The translations under genes were made by a program, and so were the position numbers. A stretch of 37,420 nt of DNA from a virus (taxonomy: Duplodnaviria > Caudoviricetes). Where the stretch lies: positions 1 through 37,420 of IMG/VR virus record IMGVR_UViG_3300020045_010452; one strand, written 5' to 3'. Numbering within the stretch: position 1 is the first letter of the stretch; each line of letters starts with the position of its first letter. The notes beneath the pieces are model-generated. The model did no database searches. It worked only from the letters and a program-made list of their open reading frames with translations, and was not told where the DNA came from. This document shows positions 25,534-34,232 of the stretch, one piece after another.

Positions 25534-26193
25534 TTAGAATATTGTTTTTTCTCCTAACTTTGCGATGCCAGCCCAGGCTTTTTTTATCCGGGTGGTCATC
25601 TTGATCACGTCGATCATGTTTCTTTCGGTCGTGAATCGGTATATATCTCCGGTGGGTTGCAGTCGACCGTCTGCCTCATATGCCACCTGAACATCTACCA
25701 GTTCGATATCTTTTGGCACGAATCCTTTGGCGAGCCATATCGCTGTGGCGTAGAAAGTTATCTGCCCGGACTCATCGGCCATTTTTTGAGTCCACTTCCG
25801 CACGCTGGTTTTATATTCCTTAAAAGCGCTAAAGTCTTTTTTGGCCGTGTCCGGCAAGGCGAGGATTGGTATATCATCGCCGTTGTTTTTGAGCAGGGGG
25901 ATACTGATCACCTTTGTCTTGCCGTGGCGCGTTTGTTCTACCTTGATGCCTTTTTTATCTTCGACATGCATATCCATTCGGTCAAATTTCGGAATGCGCG
26001 CCATCATGAGGTCGAGGAAGGGGTCGCCAGTCGCTTCCTCGTTCTCAAGACCCTCGGCAAGTAAAGACCCGTAAGCCATGTTTCGATTTACAAATTGTTT
26101 TTTCCCTTCAAAATATTGCTCGACAAATCTACTCGGCGACATTTCGAAGGTTGACATTTGGCTGTAGGATAGATATTGGCGAGGTCTGATCAT
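25534..26193 (-). CDS. PD-(D/E)XK nuclease, likely RecT partner
   Basis: YLSYSQ, ALPD, EYKT and QITFY motifs. Confidence 0.75.
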   Translation of the reverse strand: MIRPRQYLSYSQMSTFEMSPSRFVEQYFEGKKQFVNRNMAYGSLLAEGLENEEATGDPFLDLMMARIPKFDRMDMHVEDKKGIKVEQTRHGKTKVISIPLLKNNGDDIPILALPDTAKKDFSAFKEYKTSVRKWTQKMADESGQITFYATAIWLAKGFVPKDIELVDVQVAYEADGRLQPTGDIYRFTTERNMIDVIKMTTRIKKAWAGIAKLGEKTIF

Positions 26194-27083
26194 TTTGTTT
26201 CTTTAATTGGCTTAAGTTCCTCTAGGCGTATTTCGACCATTTTCGCGAATTCTATTTTTTGCTCGGGCGTATACTTGACAGAAGTCGACATTTTCTTCTG
26301 ATATTCCGTTAATTCTTTGACCGTCGCTTTCAGGATAGCGTTTTTAAGCGTCTGGAAGCCCTTGGCGGCCTTTTCATCGTCAGAAGCCTCCGACTGTCCC
26401 TTGTCCATCTCTTCTTGCGCGTACATGCCGCTCAAGAGTTTTGGGAAGGCTTTACGGAGCGCAAGTGCCTCCGCACACTTGCCCAGCATCAGGTATGGCC
26501 GAATATGCCATTGGAATCCAATTTTTGCGCCGGGGTAATATTCTTCCCAGCGGGCTGTGGCGCTGAATTCGTAGCGATGACCTTCGAGTAGTTTGTACAC
26601 GGTAGCCGTAGCTTTAGCTGGAACAACTATTTTTTTGGCCTTAACTTTCTGAGTGGCCGCAAGTTCTATCTCTTTTTCGCCATCGAATATAGGATCGTCG
26701 TTCCCGGCGTATTGCCCGGAGCTTTCTGCCACCGCGCGAAATCCGTCGATACCGACCTGTATCGCCCCGACCTCCATTCCGGACCGGCTGTCCCATCTCT
26801 TAACTAAGTGGACTTGCCGTAAGAATGGATTTAAGTTCGCCCCTTTGCAGACTTGGATGAAGAGTCTGAGTTCGTCATCAGTTGCCCCTTTGGCCACCGT
26901 GCGCTTGATCAGTTCCAGTTGCTGTCGGCTCATATGCCCGAATGCATCCTGCGGAGCTATCTCGTGGTTCTCAATCACTCTTTCGATTATCCTGACTTCC
27001 TTTTGGTCTTTCGGAGTCAATACCTCCGGCTGTATCGGTTCGCAAGCCACCTCTCTGACTTCTTCTTTTGTTTTTTTTGTCAT
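26190..27083 (-). CDS. bet: RecT/Bet single-strand annealing protein
   Basis: LNPFLRQVHLVKR, QVGIDGFRAVA, MLGKCAEALALRKAFP and GMYAQEEM motifs. Confidence 0.9.
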   Translation of the reverse strand: MTKKTKEEVREVACEPIQPEVLTPKDQKEVRIIERVIENHEIAPQDAFGHMSRQQLELIKRTVAKGATDDELRLFIQVCKGANLNPFLRQVHLVKRWDSRSGMEVGAIQVGIDGFRAVAESSGQYAGNDDPIFDGEKEIELAATQKVKAKKIVVPAKATATVYKLLEGHRYEFSATARWEEYYPGAKIGFQWHIRPYLMLGKCAEALALRKAFPKLLSGMYAQEEMDKGQSEASDDEKAAKGFQTLKNAILKATVKELTEYQKKMSTSVKYTPEQKIEFAKMVEIRLEELKPIKETK

Positions 27084-27098
27084 GTTTTATTTTAATTT

Positions 27099-27674
27099 TT
27101 AAACTATTTCTTCTTCGTAGACTTCGATTCCGGGAATTACTTTCCCTGCCAATGCGTCACGTCTTACCGCTACCATGTCGACGATTAGGTATTGGTCCGG
27201 GATGAGTTCGCGGTTGGTGAGGCGCACTTTTTTGATCTTGCGGAATTGCACCTTGCCGTGATTAGTTTGCACGGTCTTTTGGATGGTCGGCAGTTGCTCA
27301 ATCTTCTTTTCCGCCGTTTCCATTTTCAGTGTGCCTTTTTCTACCCTGGCAGCAATCTTAGCTTCGGCGGCGCGCGTTTCTACTTCGACTTTTTGCTTAT
27401 AGGCAATCAATTTTCTGCCTACGATATTCTCAGCCGATTCGAACTGATCTTCGAGCGGTGCGAATAATTCTCTAGCACTTTTAAGTGCAGTGTTCAGAGG
27501 CTTTGTTATTTCCTCTTTTCTCTTTTTAATCATCGTGCCAAACTCCTTGAGCTTTGCCTTGAGGTTAGTCGCTGCCTCGTTTTGTTCCGGGGTAGTGATC
27601 ATAACCGCGTTGGCTTGTGTTTCCAACTTAGAGATTTGGCTTTTTAATACTGTGAGTTCTTTTGTTTCAATCAT
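27099..27674 (-). CDS. Coiled-coil protein (Gp157/Gam-like)
   Basis: Helical N-terminus with LIPDQYL...IPGIEVYEE C-terminus; directly upstream of bet. Confidence 0.5.
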   Translation of the reverse strand: MIETKELTVLKSQISKLETQANAVMITTPEQNEAATNLKAKLKEFGTMIKKRKEEITKPLNTALKSARELFAPLEDQFESAENIVGRKLIAYKQKVEVETRAAEAKIAARVEKGTLKMETAEKKIEQLPTIQKTVQTNHGKVQFRKIKKVRLTNRELIPDQYLIVDMVAVRRDALAGKVIPGIEVYEEEIV

Positions 27675-27699
27675 AAATTTTAAATGTTCTTTTTAATAA

Positions 27700-27837
27700 T
27701 TATAAACTTGCTATCAACACTGCCAGGATATATATTCCTATCCCGAACAATATTCCCCCGGCGATCTCTTTTATTGTTTCGTTTTTCTTTTGCCAGGATA
27801 ATTTCCTGTCGCTGAATTCGTATCGATTGAAGCTAAT
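27700..27837 (-). CDS. 45-aa membrane peptide with non-ATG (ATT) or mutated start
   Basis: AAAAAC-ATT start context; C-terminal TM segment IAGGILFGIGIYILAVLIASL; fills the gap. Confidence 0.4.
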   Translation of the reverse strand: MSFNRYEFSDRKLSWQKKNETIKEIAGGILFGIGIYILAVLIASL

Positions 27838-27854
27838 GTTTTTACTTAAGTTAA

Positions 27855-28010
27855 TTAAAATTTCTTTCGTTCTAACCTAATCAACTCTCTAGCGATCAAA
27901 AGTATTGAACTTAAATGTCCTCTTTCAAATTCGTCGTCTTTCTGAAAAAGATCTTCCGCTATATCTATAATTTTTTGATATTCTTCTATTCTTCCGTTTG
28001 TTTTTGTCAT
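27855..28010 (-). CDS. 51-aa early protein
   Basis: MTKTNGRIEEY...; first ORF after promoter 28056-28084. Confidence 0.6.
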   Translation of the reverse strand: MTKTNGRIEEYQKIIDIAEDLFQKDDEFERGHLSSILLIARELIRLERKKF

Positions 28011-28055
28011 ATTTTTTTGTTTGTTTGGATTAAGTTTTTCGACCTTTGTACTGAT

Positions 28056-28084
28056 AGTATACCAAGCCGTCGGTATTATGTCAA
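28056..28084 (-). promoter_or_regulatory. Sigma70 promoter with shared spacer box (copy 1), early operon
   Basis: TTGACA-TAATACCGACGGCTTGG-TATACT. Confidence 0.85.
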
Positions 28085-28101
28085 GTATAGTTATGCACAT
28101 A

Positions 28102-28131
28102 CAAAAAAAGCCCAGTTTAAGGGCTTTTTTG
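28102..28131. terminator. Bidirectional intrinsic terminator at the end of the late operon
   Basis: CAAAAAAAGCCC-AGTTTAA-GGGCTTTTTTG. Confidence 0.8.
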
Positions 28132-28132
28132 A

Positions 28133-28315
28133 CTATTTTCCGGCGTATGGAACTGATGATCCTTCACCTTTGTTAGAAAAATAAAACGAGAAGGCCATGC
28201 TTGATAATATCATGAAATCTTTTCCGTCCAAGATTTTAAAAAAGGTAAGCACGACAGTCGCAACTGCCATTAAAACAAATACGATCTTACTGGCACTTTT
28301 TAAAATTTCCATCAC
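28133..28315 (-). CDS. Holin-like protein with two TM segments
   Basis: 60 aa, two hydrophobic segments, strong SD, last gene of the lysis block. Confidence 0.65.
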   Translation of the reverse strand: MMEILKSASKIVFVLMAVATVVLTFFKILDGKDFMILSSMAFSFYFSNKGEGSSVPYAGK

Positions 28316-28857
28316 ACACCTCCTTTCAATTTATTTTTACAGGTAAACCATGCTCCGTATCCTTGCGTTTTAAATTTTTTATATCCCTGATCAATATTAT
28401 ATTTCCAGTCGTAGAGCGGGCTTTCTTTCTTCTCGCACTCGGCAGAGTTCACCTGCATCAGTCCGCAGGATGAATACGGAGTTCCGGACTTTCCTCCCGT
28501 TTCTCGCCAGCGCTTTTTAGCTTCCTCTTCAAAGTTGAATGCTCGGGTATTCCAACTGCTTTCACATCCAATAATAAATTTTACAGTTTCTGAATCCCAA
28601 TCAAAGCTTTTAATATACCCTATAATGGTTCCACGGTCCGCCGGAGTTTCGCCGCGTGTTTCAGGTATGATTTTGACGGCGAGGGTTTTTGTTTCAATAA
28701 TTCTCGGTATTTTTTCGGGGAATAGCCAAGAATACTGCAGATTTTTTTGTCCGAAAGTGTTTTCATAAATTGTAGATTTTGTTTCTGCTTCTGGCGCGTT
28801 TTTCTCGGTGATTAAATTAGAGGATGAGATATAAGCGACAGTCGTTATAAGCATCAC
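28312..28857 (-). CDS. Lytic transglycosylase (SLT/lysozyme-like)
   Basis: CESSWN, SCGLMQVN and GYGAW motifs; hydrophobic N-terminus; start uncertain (see findings). Confidence 0.8.
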   Translation of the reverse strand: MMLITTVAYISSSNLITEKNAPEAETKSTIYENTFGQKNLQYSWLFPEKIPRIIETKTLAVKIIPETRGETPADRGTIIGYIKSFDWDSETVKFIIGCESSWNTRAFNFEEEAKKRWRETGGKSGTPYSSCGLMQVNSAECEKKESPLYDWKYNIDQGYKKFKTQGYGAWFTCKNKLKGGV

Positions 28858-28876
28858 TAATCTGATTAAAAATTTA

Positions 28877-29557
28877 TCATTTTATTACACCTTGCAGGTT
28901 AATTATAAAATCTACTTCTTTTACATCTTCCCAACGAACGAGTTTATCCGCCAGTAGATCGGCAAAAGCCTGATCGCCGATATAGTAAGGCTTATTATTG
29001 ATCATTGCATAAACTTCTTGCCTGCCTTTTTCTCTTATGAGATTTGAAATCATTTTATTTTGGTTAGGTTTATTAAAATATTTCAATGGGTCTATTGCTC
29101 CGCCATAGCCGTTATTTTTATCCATAATTGCCGGATATAAACCAAAATGCAAATGATCGCCAGTTGTGTATTCACCAGTATTGTCCGCCGGAGCCATATC
29201 ATCTCCGGCCTTAAACTCTTGTCCGATTATTACAGGAGCATCGTCTAGGTGATAATAAACTGTTGTCCAGCCTTCTGGATGGGTAAGCCAAATTCCATAT
29301 CCGATCGTTCTGCTGGAACTAATTTTGTTATAAACTTTAGTTATTTTTCCGTCATGCGCGGCACAAACTCTTGTCCCTTTCGGCGCTACATAGTCAATCC
29401 CATTATGCCCTTTTAATCCAAGCTGTCTATAAAAATCATTAGCATTTTCCCCGAAGCCTTGGGTGGTGATTGGTTCGAAAGCCCACTTGCCTCCGCCGGT
29501 AGCCATTGACTGAAACGGCTCCGGGAGTTCTTTGATTGGGTATTGTAATTGTATCAT
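28877..29557 (-). CDS. M23-family peptidase endolysin
   Basis: HNGID, YYHL and TGDHLHF motifs. Confidence 0.9.
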   Translation of the reverse strand: MIQLQYPIKELPEPFQSMATGGGKWAFEPITTQGFGENANDFYRQLGLKGHNGIDYVAPKGTRVCAAHDGKITKVYNKISSSRTIGYGIWLTHPEGWTTVYYHLDDAPVIIGQEFKAGDDMAPADNTGEYTTGDHLHFGLYPAIMDKNNGYGGAIDPLKYFNKPNQNKMISNLIREKGRQEVYAMINNKPYYIGDQAFADLLADKLVRWEDVKEVDFIINLQGVIK

Positions 29558-29572
29558 ATTTTTTTTAGTTAC

Positions 29573-29601
29573 TTGCCAACAGCTCGCCTATTTGTTATAA
29601 T
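29573..29601 (+). promoter_or_regulatory. Plus-strand sigma70 promoter
   Basis: TTGCCA-N17-TATAAT with an extended -10 TG. Confidence 0.7.
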
Positions 29602-29671
29602 TATACTATGAATCCAAAAATCACGCAATGGTATTGTAAAAAAAACATTTAATAATTAAATATTTAAAAAT

Positions 29672-29782
29672 ATGGGTTGTTTCGTTGCCTTAGCCTTACT
29701 TTTAATAGCTTTATTCTTCGGAATTTGGACTGCTATTGGAGTTGCGGTTTTAGGTTATATCATACTTGCTTTACTTTCTTAA
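29672..29782 (+). CDS. 36-aa fully hydrophobic peptide (only credible plus-strand gene)
   Basis: MGCFVALALLLIALFFGIWTAIGVAVLGYIILALLS with AAAAAT-ATG context and its own promoter. Confidence 0.65.
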   Translation: MGCFVALALLLIALFFGIWTAIGVAVLGYIILALLS

Positions 29783-31663
29783 CATACTCTCAATCAAAGC
29801 TCTCAATGCTTTTTGCTGATCCTTGGGATTGATTTTTCCTATACTTATCAATTGATCAGCAATATTTCCAACTCCCATTCTTATTCCGCCTTGAAATCCT
29901 GTTGCAGGTATTGTTGATGGATAAAGTTTTCTTATCTCATTAGCGAAATCAGCAATCAAAGAAGGACTAGCGTCTGCGTATCCTAAAGCTCTAGAAAGTT
30001 TATCCATGTCTTTAGCGACTGCGGCGAATTCAGCCGAACTTCCGGCTTCTCCAAATATTCGTCTTAGATTAACCTTGGCAAATTCTGCTGGGTTCTTTTT
30101 TATTAAAGAAACATCATCGATATTCTTGGAGCCTCTTAATAGTGTATCTTCAATCGCATCAACCATTGTGCGGTATTTCTGATATTCTTTATTAAGAACT
30201 CTTATGTTTTGTGGGGAAACTGAATCAAGTGTCTGAGCGTAAACATCTTTAAAGACACTAAACAAAGATTTTGGTTTAGATCCCGCAATGTCTATCGTTA
30301 CATCTCCAATTTTATCCATTCTAGCCTCTCGACTAAGTTGAGAAAATAATTTATCTTTTTTATAAATTTGCGATGGTGTTAAAGTTTTTCCTCCCTCTCG
30401 AGCTAAATTATATAATTCTTGTATTTTAGATTTTTGAGCATTTGAAAAACTAGCTTTTGAAAAATCTAAACCACTTTTTGTAACTTTTATATCAATCTGC
30501 GAAAGAATATTATCCAGTTGTTTATATGCTGTTTGCATTGGAACTTTGACTTTCTTAGATAATTCATCAACTGCTTTGCCTATCTTTTCACCGATAGAGA
30601 CTCTTTTGGCGTTAATAACATTGAATTGTTTTACGGCTAGTTCACCAGAAACTGAAGATGGTTGTACTTTAACTCCTAGTGTAGGTTTATTTTCAGCTAA
30701 ATCAATCGTCTTTTTCATTGCTTTTATTGTTGGTTGATCAGCCTTAGTCACGCTTTCAATGAATACCTCAGGAACTTCATTTTTTATAGCATTACCCACA
30801 GCTGGAGTGCTTGTCCTTATTCTGTCCGCTTTAATTTTGGCACTAGCTACATCCTCTGCTGTGTTGGCAATTCCTCTTTGTCCTCTTTCTAATAATTCTT
30901 TTCCTTTTTGGAATAATCCGCTTTCTGTTACACTTTTTGTTATTGCTTTTTGTTCTGGTAATAAACTTTTAGCTCTACCAAAGGCGCTAACAGTTCCGCC
31001 TAATACTCCGCCAACAGTTCCGCCAAAGGCTCCGCCCGCTAAACCTCCTTCTACTGTTTTTTTTGCAACGCTTCCCAGTGTAGATCCTTCATTTTGCAGT
31101 TCTTGTCCGGCACCCATTATGCTTCCGCTAGATGCTCCAATTTTTGCTCCAGTTTTTAGTCCTTGAACAATTCCTTGTTTAAGTGTTTGAACTCCAGCCT
31201 TTGCCGCGCCTCCTCCAAAAGCGTAAGAACCAATTTCAGCGCCAACACCGACAGCTTCTTTGATTTTACTTACCGGTTTTACTTTTCCTAAATAACCATA
31301 ATCCGCTTCTCGTGTTGGGGAAGATATTTGAGCGGCTTCTTGCAGGTTTTTTTTATAACTTTCTTCATCTCTTGTAATTTTATTTAATCCTGCTTGAGCT
31401 AAATTGAAAGCTCCTCCCACAGCAGATCTTGCCGTTTCCGCAGTTTTAAGAAACGGACTGGCAATGCTTTGAGCCACCGATTGAACAAATCCTGGCTTAG
31501 ACTGAGATTGATTTCCTTCTATTCCGGCATCGACAGCTTCACCCGTTTTTCCAGTTGTTTTTTGCCCAGTCCGAAAAGACGTCAAAGCCTTCTCGACCTC
31601 TTGCCGTGATTTTCCGTTTTGCTTTCCGTAATCTATTATTTTTTGTTCTTGTTCATTAAACAT
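29771..31663 (-). CDS. Internal virion / DNA ejection protein
   Basis: About 630 aa, helical, with a glycine-zipper segment (GGLAGGAFGGTVGGVLGG); start moved to MFNEQEQ. Confidence 0.65.
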   Translation of the reverse strand: MFNEQEQKIIDYGKQNGKSRQEVEKALTSFRTGQKTTGKTGEAVDAGIEGNQSQSKPGFVQSVAQSIASPFLKTAETARSAVGGAFNLAQAGLNKITRDEESYKKNLQEAAQISSPTREADYGYLGKVKPVSKIKEAVGVGAEIGSYAFGGGAAKAGVQTLKQGIVQGLKTGAKIGASSGSIMGAGQELQNEGSTLGSVAKKTVEGGLAGGAFGGTVGGVLGGTVSAFGRAKSLLPEQKAITKSVTESGLFQKGKELLERGQRGIANTAEDVASAKIKADRIRTSTPAVGNAIKNEVPEVFIESVTKADQPTIKAMKKTIDLAENKPTLGVKVQPSSVSGELAVKQFNVINAKRVSIGEKIGKAVDELSKKVKVPMQTAYKQLDNILSQIDIKVTKSGLDFSKASFSNAQKSKIQELYNLAREGGKTLTPSQIYKKDKLFSQLSREARMDKIGDVTIDIAGSKPKSLFSVFKDVYAQTLDSVSPQNIRVLNKEYQKYRTMVDAIEDTLLRGSKNIDDVSLIKKNPAEFAKVNLRRIFGEAGSSAEFAAVAKDMDKLSRALGYADASPSLIADFANEIRKLYPSTIPATGFQGGIRMGVGNIADQLISIGKINPKDQQKALRALIESMLRK

Positions 31664-31667
31664 ATTT

Positions 31668-33278
31668 TTAATAGTAATTAGCTGGGTTAATTCCAAAAGT
31701 TTCATCTAATGCTTTTTTTTCTTCATTAGAAAAAGAATTTTGACTCACAGCGTCTACCACTCTCTGTATGCTTTTCTTAATTCTAGCAGTTTCTTCTTTA
31801 AATGTTTTTTCATCAATATTATAATGTATTGTTTTTCCTTTATCATCTTTGACTGACCAAGATCCGATTCTTGTCGCAGCAGAACCTAATATCTCAAGTT
31901 CTTTTTCGCTTATCGCACCCAAAGTTCCACCTTGTGCTTTCAAATTTATGAGTGTTTGCAATACCTCTTGCGATACTAGATTTTCAACGTTTCCGATAAA
32001 AGCTTGTTTGGATCCGGTAAAAGACCCTAAGCCAAAATCTCTGGAGAGCCAGTTAGGACCAACGGCTCCAGACAAACCTGAATTGGAGTTAAGATCATCT
32101 ATTTGTGACAACTTATCTTGTAATTTAACAACATCAACTTTGTCAGATACTTTTTTAAGTGCTTCTTGTTGTTTTGCATTAAATTCAGATTGAGCTAATT
32201 TTTGATTGGCGGCACTAATTGAAGTCTGCCAATTTTTATTTGCAATCTCTAAGCCAAATTGCCTCTGATCTTCTGTAAACTTTCTTTCAGCAAGCCTCTT
32301 TTCTTCCGTAAACTGTCTTTTATCTTCCTCGAATTTTTTATCGATATTGGCCTGGCTTATTATATCCTGGCTTTTTTCATAATCAAGTTTTTCTTTTGCC
32401 GTTTTCTGCGTGGCGGTATAATCTATTTTCTTTCCTTCTTGTTCAAGTTTAAATTTCGACGCCTCAAGTGCCGCTGTTCTCTTCGCTTGCAATAATGCCG
32501 CCCGGGCTTGGAGAGGTTGTTCAAGAGCCAGCCCTCTGCTTTCGATTGCTTTTTGACGGCCGGTAATAAATGGAAGCGGAATCGGTCGATTGGCTTCACC
32601 AACAATTCCGGTGCGGATTGAGGCATCAAGATTATTGATTTCATTTTGCGTGGCTTCCTCTTCTGCTGTCATTTGCAGGTTTTTTGCATATGCATCTTCC
32701 TTTGCTTTATATTCCTGGCTGGAATATCCTTGATCTGTTGGAGGAGGAGGCACGACCGGCGCTGGAGGTACTATGGGTGGCGGAGGAACTATGGGTGGAG
32801 TTGTTTCTGGAATTACTGGTGCTGGAGGTGCGGTAGGAATTACTGGAGGTGGTACTACTCCGCCGGTGGCGGAATTAACACTTGCTCCTGACGGAGTGGT
32901 TGTGATGTTCGGAGTCGCAGGCTGTCCCGTAGGATTTTTTAGATTTATAATTTCCCCCGGCTTGATCAGATTCGGGTTGGCTCGGTATTGCGGGTTAAGA
33001 TTTAAAACATCGTTTAGTGATGTTTTGTTTTTGGTGGCAATTCCGGACAATGTATCACCGCCCATAACGGTATACGAATTCCCCCCGGCTGGAGGTGCGA
33101 CTGGCCCGAAGATAGGTGTGGATATTGGAGCTGGAACATTCGGCACGGCCGGAGGACCAAATACGGCTTTTTTTGCGTTTGTGTCCATCTGAAAGTTAAC
33201 CGTCGGTTTTGCTGGCGTTCCCAGTGTTGGTCCGGTCAAGGCGTTGTATGCTTGTTTTAATGGATCGAAGAATCCCAT
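31668..33278 (-). CDS. LysM-containing internal virion / ejection protein
   Basis: YTVMGGDTLSGIA...LNPQY..NPNLIKPGEIINL LysM domain, Pro-rich linker, coiled coil, GTLGAISEKEL. Confidence 0.7.
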   Translation of the reverse strand: MGFFDPLKQAYNALTGPTLGTPAKPTVNFQMDTNAKKAVFGPPAVPNVPAPISTPIFGPVAPPAGGNSYTVMGGDTLSGIATKNKTSLNDVLNLNPQYRANPNLIKPGEIINLKNPTGQPATPNITTTPSGASVNSATGGVVPPPVIPTAPPAPVIPETTPPIVPPPPIVPPAPVVPPPPTDQGYSSQEYKAKEDAYAKNLQMTAEEEATQNEINNLDASIRTGIVGEANRPIPLPFITGRQKAIESRGLALEQPLQARAALLQAKRTAALEASKFKLEQEGKKIDYTATQKTAKEKLDYEKSQDIISQANIDKKFEEDKRQFTEEKRLAERKFTEDQRQFGLEIANKNWQTSISAANQKLAQSEFNAKQQEALKKVSDKVDVVKLQDKLSQIDDLNSNSGLSGAVGPNWLSRDFGLGSFTGSKQAFIGNVENLVSQEVLQTLINLKAQGGTLGAISEKELEILGSAATRIGSWSVKDDKGKTIHYNIDEKTFKEETARIKKSIQRVVDAVSQNSFSNEEKKALDETFGINPANYY

Positions 33279-33282
33279 ATTT

Positions 33283-34215
33283 TTATAAGCTAATTGTTAG
33301 ATTAGGATTTTCTACGGTGTCTTGATCACGACCGTCATCAAGAACCATGTCCGTATTTGGAGAACTCCAATTTTTAACCAGCGTGGAAATTCTGCCGGTT
33401 GGCAAGCTTCCATTTTCTCCGAATGAACCGTGAATGGTCAAAAAATTACTGGCGCGCTCATCGGCTTCTTTCATCCAGTATTGTCCAACCGCCCATATCC
33501 ATGGCAGGTCATGATAGGCTTCTGGCAGAAGTGGCATCTGTCCGATATTATACGGAGCAGTTCCGGCCACTATTGAAGTCCCGCCATAAGCTCTCACCAA
33601 TGTCAAGTGAGTCGTATCGGCCACCGCGCTTATTTCGTACCACTGACCGTCCCCTGTGTTTGCTGTGTCGGATAATGTTATTCGAATATATCGTCCGACC
33701 ATTTGGGCTGTCCATGACGTTCCCGTGCCAATTACAGCCATCGCACCATTTGCGATTGATACGATTGAGCCTGTAGTGTAGTCCGCAATTCCCAAATCTA
33801 TCACTTTTGTTTTTTGCGTAACATTTATGGTATTTCCTGAACTTACAGGAGTTGGCCAGATTCCAAGTTGTCCGGCGAAGGTAAACCAAAATTGCGGAAT
33901 ATCCGAACTGATAACGCTTTGATTTAATTTGTCCCAGTGATTCCTGTCCGGGGACATTCTAGGTGTATATCTTTTACTGGAAACTATCACGGCAATTTCT
34001 CTGACTTGTTCGCAGTCATACGGAAGATTATAAAATTGAGTAGCGGCCACTGTTGTCAGTGTCCTGAGTCTTTCTAAAAATGGCCAATCTTTAGCCGCGC
34101 AAATTACCCGATAATCATCATTGGCTATCTGATCTCCGAGCGCGAGATTGGCTGTTGCTGCGTTTTTGGTTAGCGTGCCGTAGAGCGCACGACCGATTGT
34201 ATAAGATTTTGCCAT
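33283..34215 (-). CDS. Head-tail adaptor / tail tubular protein A-like
   Basis: WPFL, YNLPYD, GIWPTP and LPEAYHD motifs with an inserted beta-domain. Confidence 0.65.
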   Translation of the reverse strand: MAKSYTIGRALYGTLTKNAATANLALGDQIANDDYRVICAAKDWPFLERLRTLTTVAATQFYNLPYDCEQVREIAVIVSSKRYTPRMSPDRNHWDKLNQSVISSDIPQFWFTFAGQLGIWPTPVSSGNTINVTQKTKVIDLGIADYTTGSIVSIANGAMAVIGTGTSWTAQMVGRYIRITLSDTANTGDGQWYEISAVADTTHLTLVRAYGGTSIVAGTAPYNIGQMPLLPEAYHDLPWIWAVGQYWMKEADERASNFLTIHGSFGENGSLPTGRISTLVKNWSSPNTDMVLDDGRDQDTVENPNLTISL

Positions 34216-34232
34216 AATTTTATTTACTTATA

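Noticed and set aside
25534-26193. Cas4 or CRISPR-related nuclease
   Set aside because: It lacks the Fe-S cysteines and is coupled to bet, so a recombination nuclease is more likely.
29608-29672. Frameshift fusion of the 14-codon ORF to the membrane peptide via the A8 run
   Set aside because: The required frame hits TAA before ATG 29672.
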